This document shows, in pieces, positions 24,106-38,100 of a DNA stretch of 64,000 bases (position 1 is its first letter; every line of letters starts with the position of its first letter). The stretch comes from Dimorphilus gyrociliatus (Eukaryota > Animalia > Annelida): assembly GCA_904063045.1 (NCBI GenBank), contig CAJFCJ010000044.1, forward strand, positions 62,001 to 126,000, given 5' to 3'. The notes beneath the pieces were generated by a model. The model was given only the letters and a program-made list of their open reading frames with translations. It ran no database searches and was not told the DNA's origin. The position numbers and the translations under genes were made by a program.

Positions 24106-27100
24106 TTACCTTTGAATTGTTTTTTTAATATGTAAACTAGACTTAAACTTGATATACCCTTTCAGTAAGAATACTATAGAGTTGTGAAGGGAAATTAAAG
24201 GTAAACTACATAAAATTATTTTATTATATATAGAATTTTGAATATATAATTGAAAAAATATAGAATAGAATCCTGTGTGAAAAAGTACAATTTGAATTTT
24301 AAAAATATTTCTCAAAGTCAATAGTTCCAGTATCATTTACCAAGAAATAAATATAATAATGATAATATAGCTTTTGTTCCCATTTCAGCAAAAGCATTTT
24401 TAACAAACTGAGCCAAGGAACTTCTATTTGAACTTGAAACAGTTTTTCTTGAACTTATCAATAAACAATACATTTTATAAAAAGTAAAGCAGGAGCTTAA
24501 ATAACAAAATGGTATCAACAATGAAAAGTATATAAATGATAATTTCCATTGATCTAATGAATTATTATTAGATCTGATATGAACATTAAAACAGATTAAT
24601 GATGATGAATGAAACTCCTTATGAAAAAAGTAACAAATTCAATAATCCTTGAGTAGTGATCAGCACATTTTGCAATTAACACACTTAGGCTTACCTTATT
24701 ATTTAGAACAGGTGAAATAGCTATTGCTAAAGAAAATGTTACTATTGAAAAAATGGTGATGAAAGGTATTTTTGTAAAAAATGGTTGTTTAAAAGGTTGT
24801 TTAATAACTTGATATCTCTCAATCATAATTAAAAATGTACATATTGCTGATAGTATGGATGAAAATGTTAAACTTATTCCCAATATTTCACAGACAATAC
24901 TAGATCTCCATGAATGATTGAATACTAATAGATTTATATCAGAAATTGCCAAATCCCGGATGATAATTATTAGTATATAAATACACGATAATAAATCACT
25001 AAGACACCTGCATATCATCAGAATTTTTAAAGGAAAGAACCAATGACATAAAAGCATAATTGAAGAAATATTTCCACATAGTCCACATATTCCAAACAAT
25101 AGAAAAATGATTAATAGTTCATCAATGAAAATATGAGATTGGCATGATTTTATCAGTGTTGTGGATTTACATTCTGTCTTAACATTCACCATTCTCCACA
25201 GAAGACAACAAATGATGTGATGTTTAGTAATGACCCTTTTAATTGATATCAATCCTTCTACTAAATGTACACCATCACTCTCTCTAAAATCAGTATGTGA
25301 TAATTCTAAATTTTCTAAATTCCTCAAATATTTAAATAAATTCTTTTCAACACTTTTCAAAAATAAATTTGACATTTTTAAATCAATTAACTTTTTTAAA
25401 TTTTCAAATAATTCCATTTTCAATAGATTTATATTATTTAATGAAATATCTAAATATTCTAGTTCAGTACAATTCCATATTTGTATTATATCCAATGAAA
25501 ATAAAGTATTGTTGGATAAATTTAAATATTTTAAAAGTTTCATTGTATAAGGAAATATAAGATAGTTGTCTAATTTGTTGTCATGGAGATTTAAATACAC
25601 AATATTTGGAAATTTTGTTGTAAAGAATGAATAATTGCTTGGTGAACTATTCATTACTTCTAAATGGATGAGATTATTTGAAGGTTCAATTGAAACTTGC
25701 TCTATTAAGTTTCCAATTAGAATAATTGTCTTATATATTTTGGTCATAAAACTCAGTGCAGTCTTGTCATTCTCTGACAATAATTCATTTGGCTCTAATT
25801 CACAAGCAATTGCCAGAGAATGTACTCTACAACTGGAAATATTATTCAAGGAACTGTATGAGCAAAACAGTTCATCACTCCCATAAAGACAGTCAATAAT
25901 ACCATCACAAACATGATTGAGTGGAAAGAATTTCTTTCTCTCATTTCTACAATTGAAATATCCCTGAGGCATGAAATTCTCTAAAATAAGATTGTTCATT
26001 GAAATGTTTGTAATTTTTAGTAATTTCTGTTTACCACAGCCATATTCATCATCGCCTTTGTAACAATGATTGATACCATCACAGACCAGATCAACTGATA
26101 TACAATAATACTCTTCAATGCATAGATACTGTCCAATGGAACAACTGTCAACCTCTTCACAGTCTTGCTTAAAGACGTTTGTTATGGCAACACCCATTGA
26201 TGAATGTGTGAAATAACATGGTTCAAAAAAGTCATACTTTTCAAATAATGAACTTTCATCATTGTTTACAATACAATCAACTTTCCCATCATCCACTGAC
26301 AACTCATGAAGACAATAATTACTGCATTTGAATTGATATTCATGATGACAATCTGAAAAAAATTGTATTATTATCTTTTTCAATAGAAATTTCAACACTT
26401 TTGAATACCTTTTGTAAAATTGTTCATAATTGCCTTGGGATGTGAACATAATTCATCACTTTTATCAAAGCAATTGTATTCATTATTACAAACATCATTT
26501 TCATTGACACATTGTCCATTGTGACATTTACTAAATGTGGAAATTTAGTTTTAGATGCTTTTGATGAGCTATATCTTTTTAAAAGTTGCATATAAACTGG
26601 TAAATATAATTACATTTCTCCATCAAGGCATTCATCTCGCTCTTTTAACAAAAAAGAAAATAATACAAGTGATTGTATTTTTGTTAAATCTAATGACAAA
26701 CCACAAAATAGTTCATCTGATCTATCTGAACAGTCATTATTTAAATTACAAACATAATTTAATTCTATAGAGACATTTGTTGACAAACATTTGAATTTGT
26801 ATTTAATAATTTCATCACATTCCCATTCATCTTCACCAGATTTACAATCTCTATTTTTATCACAAACATATAAAATATTAATGAATATTCCATCTTCTTT
26901 ACATAAGAATGTATTCTTCTTTGCTTTAAAATGTTGAAAATTTGAGAAGTAGTTGACAATTTCCATATCAAAATCTTTTTAGTTTTTTTTTTTAAAAGAA
27001 AATGTTTAATTATTATTATTATTATTTTTAAATCAAACATTTTTGTGCTTACTTAGTCGTTTTTGGCATATAACATAGCCAAAGTTATTTTTGTATTTAC

Positions 27101-30100
27101 ACCTATGAAATGACATTGAAGACAAATAAGGCATTTGGTACTAATAGGCAAAAGAAAAAAGAAAACTTTTTAAGATTTAAAGTATGTTGAAAAAAAATTA
27201 CTTCAAAATCTGGAACATGATGGAAACAGCTATTTTCAAGTAATGAGTAAGTTTTTTCTCTATTTGTAGCTTCTTTTTTTAAATGGCGAATGTATGTTGG
27301 TAAATTCAATGATATATTACTGCTAGTTGTAAATACAGTAACATTTCTTGAATTTTTCATTATTTTCACAACTGTTTTTTTCAAAATTTTGTAAAAAGAT
27401 TTATAATGGAAAAAAAATATTTTCTTTTTTACTGTTCAAATCTTTAAATATATTTTCAAAATCATTTTTTAAAATTTGAATAAATTGATTAAAAAAAATA
27501 TAAAGAAAATTTTTTTCTTTCAATACAGGAAAATCAGCCAACACTAAATTTTTTTTCCCACAAAGTTCACTACTTTCATGAATTGTTAAACTAGTAGTAG
27601 AAGAAAATAGATAATAACAGACATCATATATTACAAATACTGTATCACCATCACAAACTTTGCTTTGTTTTTTAGAACATTTTATTGTTGTCGGAACAAA
27701 AGGTTTTGACATAAATAAACTGAGAATTTGTTTTAAAAAATGATAATTAACAATTATTTTACTGAATATAAAATGCCTACAATTTTGAAGGTCATTAAAA
27801 GGTGATATTTTGATTGTTAACTAAAATGTAATTAAGTATTTTTCAGACAAGATTTCAAGATAATAAAAACTGCAAAATTGATGGCATTTTTTTTAAACAA
27901 TATCATTTACCTATCATACAAGTTACAATCATTGATATCTTTTGAATCATTTCGACAATTCAAAGTCTCTATTAATTCAAAAGCCATTTTGGTACTTGAA
28001 TAAATTTTCTTTATACCAGAAGTTTCAATAATATTTCCGTATGAAAAATTGAAATGTGAACAAAACTTTTGAATTTCATAGAATTTTAAATAAACAAAAT
28101 AGACTTTAAAATTATTAATCTGGACTATTGGGAACCCCTTGAAACTTTTATAATCATGTTTTTTATCTGACAATAATGTAGTTTTACTCTGAAATTTATA
28201 TTCTGTAAAATGATCAATTTGGATTAAAATCCATATGGATCCAAAATTATTGTGATTTAGTTTAAAAAGATTGATTACCTAAATGTTGTATTGTATAGCA
28301 CTGAGCTGATACTGTTATGAAGAATATCAATTTATTTCTTTCATTCTCATTAATACTGATTGTTTGATTGGGTGATTTATTGATTCAATGATTGGCTTGT
28401 ACATATATTGATATATTTATTCTTACTTTTCACTCAATTTGCAGCCTACTAGGTTTTGTTTTCTCATTTTACAATGTGCAATAAATAATGATGACTGTGT
28501 TTAAAAATATTTTACAATAATCTTAATCTTTAATAGTTTCACACCTTTAGCAAAATCTGTCTTTTGTTGCAAGTGCTCTTTAACAGTTTCATTGAACGAC
28601 TCTTGCACAAAAGTAGACAGGCAACAATTTTATCAGTATTATAGTTAAAAATTAATGGAAGGACACCATAAGATTTGGATACAAAGTAATCATCAACTTT
28701 TAATTTGTACAGAAAATCAATTATAAAATGATTTTGTTGTTTGGATTCATTTTTTGCTATTTCAATATCTAACAACAGATTTTAAAGGATAAATATGATT
28801 AATATTGCACAATAGTAACTGGACTCTGTTGAAAACTCCCAATAATAACTAACCATTCAATTCCAAAAGTGAACAGTTAACATTATAATAACCAAGTGCA
28901 ATTGTGTCATTTACAGGTAGAAAGCTCATCTCTTTACCATCATTCAAAATTGAAACAAAAACACTTCCATTTATATTCAGATATGTTTTGGAAATTTTGA
29001 TAATATATTCATTTTTCTCACACAATTCAATCCTTTTAGTTTGATTGTCATTCAGAACATAATAATACAATTCATTCCATTTTAAATATAAATTATATAA
29101 TCCATCCTTTTCAAAATTACTAACTAAATCTTTTTGAAAATTTCAAATATTTAAATAAAAAATTTATCATTTCAAATTTTTTAAATGAATGCATACATTT
29201 TCCTTGTTTTTTATAACAATTCAACAATATTCCATATTTTATACTTCCATTTTGTAAACTCATTTTTAAATTTTTATTTTTATTAAATAGATGAATTTGA
29301 ATATATTTTAAATTATTACTCAATGATTTTGATAATTTTAAAGGATTTGCTAATGAATGTAAATTATCATAATTCATCATTGAACAAATTTTATTGTATA
29401 TTATTGTTGGAATATTCTTATATTTAAAAAAATATGTTGAATTTTCATTGGTTTTCATAACTTTTAAAGACAAAACACCGTTTGAAAATTTTTCAAATAT
29501 TTCAAGATTTTCCAAAAACAAATTTGTAGAATTAAATTTTAAATAGTAATCTATAAGATTTTTAATGCAAAAATTTTGGTAAGCCTATTTTTTTGAAAAC
29601 ATACCATCATTTATTGGTTGTTGACACTCAGTTTCAATTAATAGGGCATTCATATCAATGGACTTTACTTCTACAACATGACAATTCTTGAATGATTCAT
29701 TGTAGAGTTTACAGCCCTTAATGTAATAACTCTTTAAACAAAAATGTCTGATTATAAAGGTGTGATTTTCTATTGTGCATTACCCCTTTTTTTATTCTAT
29801 GTTTACTCCAAGAACATGTCTTTTCTTTTAAAACCATTAACAAACTTTTACAAATGAAAATACAACCATCCAAAGGTTTAGTTTCCAAATCAAAAAATGG
29901 AAGAAATGCATCATATGTTTTAGAGTTAAATATATAGCTATTGAAAGTTCTGACTAATTTCGGATATAACCATTCTACAGCTTTCCTAGGTCTTTTAAAA
30001 TATTTAACAATTTCCAAATCTATAAGAAACCATTGAGTCATTCATTCACTTATTTAAAAAAAAAAAGAAAAAAAATTTATAAACCATTTAAATCAATAAA

Positions 30101-30865
30101 TGCACATACTAATGAACTAGTCTTATTATTGACATTAAACTCTCCAACTAATTCATTTTGAAAATTAAATGTTGCCAATGAAAAATTGTAACCAATTTTT
30201 AAAAAGTTATTATTATGATAATTTTGAAAAAAAAATTGATTTTGTTGACAAATTTCTCTTCTATTTCTAATTTTATGTTTGTTTATAAAATAATTCGACT
30301 GGTTTATTCTGATAAACATTTGATGTTGAATTCCATTAATTGAAATACTAAAAATGTCTAATAAAAAAAAATTTTTTTTTTAAATTGTTTAAAATTTAAG
30401 GTTTTCACCAACATTTTGAATTTTTTTTGAAACATTTCAATACCAGAACATTTCTAGTTATTTTATGGTATATATATCTAAAGTCATATGATCAATTGAT
30501 TGATTGATTGATGAACCTTATCGAAAATAAAATTCATACCCATAGACTATTGATTCTGGCTTATAGACAATTTTAGCTGATTGTGCAATATATTTATTTC
30601 CATAGTAAATGATTGAATGGAATGAATCATAACCCATTTTTTTACATAAATAATTAGTAGTCATTGGATGATAATTTTCATAAGAGAAATAATAGATTTC
30701 GTTACTAACATTCATAAACACATATCCTTCATTGAAAACATCATTTTTCTTTATTATATCCATTGAAAATTGTGATTCTAATGAAAAATATTTTCTACAA
30801 ACAACTCGATTATCTAAAAGTAAAATGTTTAATATTGAAATGGCTAGTGAATACATTGTACTCAA
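24106..30865 (-). CDS. Multi-exon LDLa-LRR-7TM receptor C (GRL101/RXFP-like) with long SRCR/CTL-like N-terminal region
   Basis: Signal peptide at 30865 with LCKKMGY motif; LDLa repeats (CDKNRDCKSGEDE, CDGINHCYKGDDE, CDGIIDCLYGSDE); LRRs (LKYLNLSNNTL, LEYLDISLNNI); TMs with IMIERY. Whether exons 28.4-30.9 kb belong to the same transcript is inferred. Confidence 0.75.
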
Positions 30866-31691
30866 AATAATGAAAAGGAAAATAAAAGAAATTCAACATG
30901 AAGCATTTTCTATTTTTAGATTTCAATATTAGAATTTCGTTTTGAAATTTAACACTTAAAAATTTTAATTTGAATTTTTCAATTTAAATAAAAGATATTG
31001 AAATCAAATGAAATTTTATAAAATATTGAATTAAGTTATTATGGAATTTTATCACATTTTTTCAAATATTACTCAACAATTTATTGTAGTTTGAATGTCC
31101 TAAACTGGTTTAATTTTATTTGATTACTTTTGATAACAGATTTATTCAAACTAGAGAAACAGTCTTTTTGTTAAAACTGGTTCAAAAAATTTTCACTTGT
31201 TTCCTACTTTTCTAATTTAATGAAGAATTTCAAAAAAAAAAATCTTCAAGAAAGAAGGTATGAAGTGGGTTAGGGCATTCCCATCTAAAGGTTAGGCATA
31301 TTGGAAAAGGATAGAACCTCTGATATTTCCATCAGTGTGAGCAGAAAAAATTTTCTTGGCACATGGCCATCTCTAATTGTTGTCATTTCTTGTTTCATAA
31401 ACAACATTTGTTCAAAGAGAATTGTGAATTGGAGTATGATCTTGAATGGTCAAAATTTTGGACAATGAATTTACAAGAGTTAGTGATTTTGTAATTATGT
31501 TTGGTGACTGTTATAGAGACATGATGATACTCATAAATTACAATGAAATTTGGCATTTAAGAGATTTGGAAATTTGGAATTTACTTTTATGCATTTTCCA
31601 AAGTATTACTTGTATTAAATGTGACTGTCTCCTAATTCACAAGTAACAAAAATATGAAATATACTCTTCAGATTAAAGCCATATGACCAAC

Positions 31692-34424
31692 AGGGGTCCA
31701 GGAGAAAACGTCCACAAGAGAAAACATCCACAGGAGAAAACGTCCACAGGAGAAAATGTCAACAAGAGAAAATGTCCATAACTTAGGAGAAAACATCAAC
31801 AGCAATTTTTTATATGAACAATGGTTTAGAGATTAATATTTGGTATAGATAAATAGGTTTAAATATTATTATTGAGATTATAAAAATTATGCAATGATAG
31901 ATCCGCCATATTGTTGAGGAACTATTTCCTGTTTATGTTTTCCTGTTTTTGGTTCCTTTCAAAAAGAAAACAGTTTTGTTAAAATACTATCTGCAAAAGA
32001 TATTTACTAAGTTTAATTACAAAACATGGCAATAATAGAAAAATTTGAATATCTTTGGATAGATCTTTTAAATTTTTATCAACTTAAGGTAAGTTTATCA
32101 TTAACTAAATCAGGTTTTTGAAAATTTTGAGCAACCATTTTGGCTAACTTTCACTTCTTGTTGATAGATAATGGGATATTGCTACAAATGCAAGGAAAAA
32201 ATGCTTGGAAGACAGCATACAAAAAAATGTCAATTATGCCACCATTTGATAATGATTCATAAGAAATGTATTAAAGTGAGTTTTAATTCAATTTTTAACA
32301 AATGGTATTTTTCTATATGATAATTGCATTAAACAGGAAATGATCTGTTTCTTTGCAACATTTGCCAAGACATTTCCAAGAGAACATGTTTGGTCACATT
32401 ACAACATCTGTCTATCAACCAAATCAAAAGAATGGATTCTGTATTGGAAAAAGGAGTTAAGATAACAGATGAACAAGTAAGCACTGATGCTATCACTGAG
32501 AATGATGTTGTTAATAATGGTTCAGATGTTGAAAAAATGGAAAACAAAATGATGTTGTGGAAGATAATTATGTTATTGTTTAAAACAATTATACAGAAGT
32601 AATGATTGAGTGTAACATTGGGATAACAACAGAAAATCTTTCACATAATTCAAATAATGTGATGGAAACTTCTTTCCAAAATTCTCCAACATCAAAAAAA
32701 GTGGATATGGAGCCAACTTTCAAAGTTTTGAAAGGAATGAGTCAAAAAGGCAAAGATCTTTTAGCTTATGATGGTTATATATTTATAATAAAGATGAAAA
32801 GATTAACAAAAACATTCTGGACATGCAGTGTAAGAAACAAGAACAACAAATGTCCAGCAAGTGTAAATCAATTGGAAGATCAATTTTATCCTGGAAAAAA
32901 ACCTCATTCCCATAAAAGAGAAGATGGACTGGAAAAGAAAATTACAATTAGAAAAGAAATTAAAAAATTGTGTGAAACTGAAACTTTCTTTTCTGGAAAA
33001 CATTTGGCTGAAGAAGTATTAAAACATCACTGTGACTCTGAAGATGCTATTCCATCAATGGATAACTGCGGCAGATTAGCAAATTGGACAAAAAGGAGAT
33101 TTCAGCCAGCAGAGCTAACAGATGTCCACTCAAATTTTGATTTATCATTTATACCTGATAATTTTTTGGTGAAAGATATTAAAATGAAAGATGACAGGAT
33201 AATAATATTTTCAACTCCAAAACAAATTGAGCTTTTGTCAAAGGGAAAGATATGGTTTTTGGGTGGTACATTCAAATGTGTTAGAGATCCATTTTACCAA
33301 TTGTTCACTGTTCATGGATTCATTAAAAAACATGGAGAAATGAAACAAGTTCCCTTACTGTTTGCATTTATGGCCTCCAAGAAAAAGACAGCTTATAAGA
33401 AATTATTTCAGGTAAATGCTTTTCAATTTGCAAAAACAAAATATTAAAAATGTTAAAACAGTCAATAAAGGAGCTGACCAATCAACATATACCAATGAAA
33501 TTTGTTGTTGATTTTGAAAGGGGTATCTGGAGAACTTTGTCATCTGTTTATCCTGAGGTTGCAATTAAAGGATGTGTCTTTCACTGGATCCAATCAGTGT
33601 TTAGAAAAATTCAAGTAATCCTTATAATCATTTGTCATGAAAATATGAATATATATTTTAATTATAGGAATTGGGCTACTCTGGTGAATGTAAAGCAAAA
33701 GGAGAGAGCTATCATTGCATGAAAAAAATAATAGCGTTACCATTTCTACCATCAAACATCATTGAGAGTGCATTTAAAAACATGGAGCAGGCCACTTCAA
33801 CATATTTAGGACCACTTATTGATTACATGAAGAACCAGTGGTTATATGGATATTATCCATCACACACTTGGTCTATATATGGTGAAGCAATCAGAACCAA
33901 CAATGATCTGGAAGGATGGCACAACAGATTAAATAGGAATATTCATGCAAATTCCTCATTGTATGTGATCATTGATGAATTAAAGAGAGAAGCAGAGTTG
34001 ATTTCCCTTTACAAAAAATTATGAAGTGAGAGAAAGATCTGTAGACAGCAAAGAAAACCATATCAGAAAATTCAAAGTCAGATTTTTGGTATATGGGAGG
34101 AATTTGAAGTTAGATCAGTATCTGCATCAGAGTTATTAGAAAAGGCAGCAAACATTTACATTATGTCATGAACAACTTTAGCTAGTTACAAAAAACTTAG
34201 AAATTTTTTGGAATTCATATTCTGGTAGTTTATACATGTTTTGTAGTTATCTCTTTTATATTAGACATATCTTATTACATGAATAAAATATTACACATCT
34301 TTTTTTCTAATTTTTCATATTTTCATTCAAATATTAATCTCTAAACCATTGTTCATATAAAAATTTGCTGTTGATGTTTTCTCCTAAGTTATGGACATTT
34401 TCTCTTGTGGACGTTTTCTCCATA
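31692..34424 (+). mobile_element. Second Phantom-type MULE with subrepeat-built TIRs
   Basis: Left 31699-31842 (about seven ggagaaaacgtccaca-type units plus a unique segment) is inverted at 34328-34420. Internal FLYWCH-MULE transposase. No TSD found, so ends are approximate. Confidence 0.88.
32171..34171 (+). pseudogene. PHD + FLYWCH + MULE transposase, defective
   Basis: MGYCYKC..GRQ..CQLC...HKKC and CNIC; FLYWCH (YDGYIF..FWTCSVRNKNNKCP); GGTF in place of DGTF; DFE, GCVFHW, TNNDLEGWHNR; frameshifts and stops (e.g. 34022). Confidence 0.87.
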
Positions 34425-34783
34425 AACACACAATATATAGGCAGATAAACAATACTTACCCAAATTTCCTTTCCAATCCATTCATTAGCCAAAGCAACCT
34501 ACAACATGGCTCAACTAAATGAATGTTGGATAAAGTCTGTTAAAAACAAAAACAAAAACAAAAATAGAAAACAACACCTTTAAAAAGTTAAGCTTTATTC
34601 TCCTTTATTTTTTCCTCACTTCAATATTTCACACTCTAGTCCATCATCTTTCATTTTTGCTTGAATGTTTTGTTTTCTTCTATTTTTTGTCTTTTTCATT
34701 TCCAGTCTAAATTTTAATTTTCTTATTACTGTAATATAGATTTTATACACTAACATATAAGAATCTCTATCAACAAATAATAC

Positions 34784-35089
34784 AATGATTATCTGGAGAG
34801 AATTTTATTAGGAAAATTCTCAAACCTCTCAACTTTTCAACCAAACTTTCAAGACCCTGAAGAGTCCCAGATACATAAAATTAGTAGAGAGGGGGACGAA
34901 ACCACGGTAGGTCAAATAGGTAGGAAAATATAAAAAAAAGTTGAAAAAAAATGTTTTGAAAATTTTTTGAAATAGTTTTTTCTAGTGGAAATTGTTTTAA
35001 ACATTGATTTTGGTGTATTCTTTCTTTGGCTGCTTCCCATAAACACTTGGGACTCTTGAAATGTGAGAAGTTCTGTTTCTCTTTTTTGA
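34784..35089 (+). mobile_element. Hammerhead-containing repeat, copy 2
   Basis: Homologous to 6468-6750 both upstream and downstream of the ribozyme. Confidence 0.75.
34853..34913 (+). ncRNA. Minimal type I hammerhead ribozyme
   Basis: Stem I gacc 34853-56/ggtc 34910-13; CUGAAGA 34857-63; stem II gtccc 34864-68/gggac 34893-97; GAAAC 34898-902; loop cacg; GUA 34907-09. Confidence 0.85.
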
Positions 35090-35131
35090 CTTTGTCATAA
35101 GTACATAAGTATATATGTGTGCAAACGATTC

Positions 35132-38100
35132 TCAATTAGGGAGACTTTCAAAAACAATTCTCCTGGTCTCATCACACATATTTGCATTGTATAAGTTGAC
35201 TTTTTTAAGGTTTACTTGAGTTTTCAGAAATTTTCCAAAGGAGGAGCTCATTTCCATTGAAAAACAGCAACAAGAAGCATTTAATTCTTCAATATTACAG
35301 CAAGATTCAGATAGTATTTCAAAGATATTTTTGTCAATATCACCCATTAAATTTGTAGAAAATATATTTAATTTTCTTAAATTTACTTGATTTCCAATAA
35401 ATTTTCCAAATGGAAAACTCATTTCACTGGAAAATTGACAATGGTCAGCATTAAGTTCATCAATATTACAGCACTTTTGACAAATACTTTCAAAGATATT
35501 TTGACCTACATCTCCACTAACATCTGTCTGAGAGATATCTAAATGGGAGAGAATCGTTTGATTTCCAATAAAATACCCTAGTTGAAAACTCATTTCAATG
35601 GAGAAGATGCAACCTCTTAAATTCAATTCTTCAATATTTAAGCAGAATTGTGATATATATTTAAAGATATTGCTACCTATCTCACCACTAAGGTTGGCTG
35701 AAAAGAGACTAAGCTTTCTAAGGTTTCTCTGATGTCTAATAAATATGCCAAGTGGAATACTCATTTCAATTATAAAATTGCAGGAGTCTAATTCCAATTC
35801 TTCTATATTACAGCAAAAATCTGAAATATGTTCAAACATTTCCTTTCTAATTTTGCCACCAATAGTTGCCTCGCTTAGATTGAGGTATCTCAGATTTTGC
35901 TGATTTCCAATAAATTCTCCCAGTAGAGCAGCCATTTCTATTGAGAAAGTACAAGAATCCAATTGCAATTCTTCGATATTGCAGCAAGAATTGGGGATAG
36001 TTTTGAATATATTGTTACCTATTTCATTACTGATATTTGTAGCATAATGACTTAGGTGCTTCATATTCGTTTGATTTCCTATAAATCTACCCAAAGGAGT
36101 ACTCATCTCAAGAGAAAACTTGCAACAGTCTAGTTGTAATTTTTCAATGCTTGTGCAAGATTTTGGTAAATTGCCAAATATACTCTTTCCAATTTCACCA
36201 CTAATATCCGTTTCGTTCAGGTTGAGGTGTCTAAGATTTGTTTGATATCCAATAAATTTTCCTAGTGGATTACCCATTTCTATTGAGAAGTTGAATGACT
36301 TTAATTCTTCAATGTTAGAAGATGACTGTGGAATATTCTCGAAAATATTCTTCCCAATTTCACAATTAACCTTTGTTTCGTATAGGTTTAATTTTCTAAG
36401 ATTCTTTTGAAATCCAACAAATCTTCCCAACAAAATGCTCATATCACTTGAAAGAGTGCCCGAATCTAAATTTAAATCTTCAATATTGCAACAGGTAGGT
36501 GAAATATTTTCAAACATAGTCTTTCCTATTTGGTGACTAATGTCGGTCTGGAAGAGATTAAGGAGTTTCAGATTTGTCTGATTCCCCAGGAATATTCCCA
36601 ATGAAGCACTCATGTCACTTGAGAAAATACAACATCCCAGATTAATATCCTGAAGAGTACTGCAAGATTTTTGGAATATTTTCAAAAAGTCTACTTCCTG
36701 TCTCATATCTGAGATCTGTCTCGAAGAGATTTAATGTTTTTAGATTACTTTGATATCCTATAAATCTCCCTAATGGAATATTGATTTCAACTGAAAATTT
36801 ACAAGCATCCAAGTGTAATTCTTCAAGAGTTGAACAACATGAAGGAATATTTTCAAAAATTTTCTTTCCCACCAACCTTGCCATGTTTGTTTTGCTGAAG
36901 TAGATTTTCTTGATATATATTTGATTGCCTAGAAATATTCCCAAGGGAATACTTATTTCTATTGAAAAACTACACGAACTTAAATTTATAGCCTCAAAAT
37001 TGCAACAGGATTTGGGAATATTTTCAAAAATATTCTTACCTTTACTTTCACAAAGATTTGTTGCAAAGAGACTCATATATTTCAGATTTCTTTGCTTTCC
37101 AAGAAATCTACCTAATACAGCACTCATGTTGGCCGTTAGATCTAAGGCTACCAACTTTATCTGTTCAATACTACAGTTATTGTTAAGGGCATTTTCAAAT
37201 ATGTTTTTTCCTATTTGACTACTGATGTAGCAAGATGTATTGTGAAAACTCAATTTTCGAAGTCTTGTTTGCAAACCAATGAAAACTCCTAGCTGGATGC
37301 TCATTTCGCTTGAAAAATTACAACAGCTCAAATTCAACTCTTCAATTTTACAACACAAAACAGTGCTATTTTCAAAAATATTCATACCAATTTCACCTGT
37401 TAAATTCGTAAATGATAGATTTAGCTTTGTTAACTTTTGCTGATTCCGAATATATCTTCCTAATGACTTGCTCATTCTGTCTGAAAAACTACAAGAATCC
37501 AACATCAATTCTTCAATATTACAACATGAATTCAAATTCATGTTTTCAAAGATGTTTTTTCCAATATCTTCGGTGATGTTTGTATCTTGAAGGTTTAGAA
37601 TTCTAAGTTTAGTTTGTCTTCCAATAGCAATTCCCAATGGTCCACTCATTTCACTTGAAAAATGGCAAGAGCCCAAATTCAATTGTTCTATATTGCAGCA
37701 AGGATAAAGGATATTTTGAAATATATTTACACCTATACGGCCAGTGAGATTTGTATTGTTTAGACTTAATTTTCTAAGATTCCTCTAACTGCTAATGAAT
37801 TTTCCAAGTGGAATACTCATTTCTTCGGAAAAACTACAATAGTCCAACAGCAATTCTTGTACATTGCAGCAACATGATAGAGGAATGTTTTCAAATATAT
37901 TTTTACCTATGTTCAATTTGAGGCAAGTTGAGGATAAGTTTAATTTCCTGAGATTTCTTTGAAATCCAATGAATTTGCCCAGTGAACTACTCATTTCAAT
38001 TGAGAAATAGCAAGAATCAAGAATCAATTCTTTAATACTGCAATTTACATATTGAAAATTCTCAAATATATTTTTACCAATTTCGTCGTTAAGGTTTGTA

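Noticed and set aside
25230-25886. Plus-strand ORFs opposite receptor C (similarly 9142-9336, 12321-12593, 36925-37218, 57386-57667)
   Set aside because: Shadow ORFs antisense to clear coding regions, with no independent motifs.
31680-34440. Target-site duplication for MULE 2
   Set aside because: No matching 8-10-bp flanks were found at any plausible end position.
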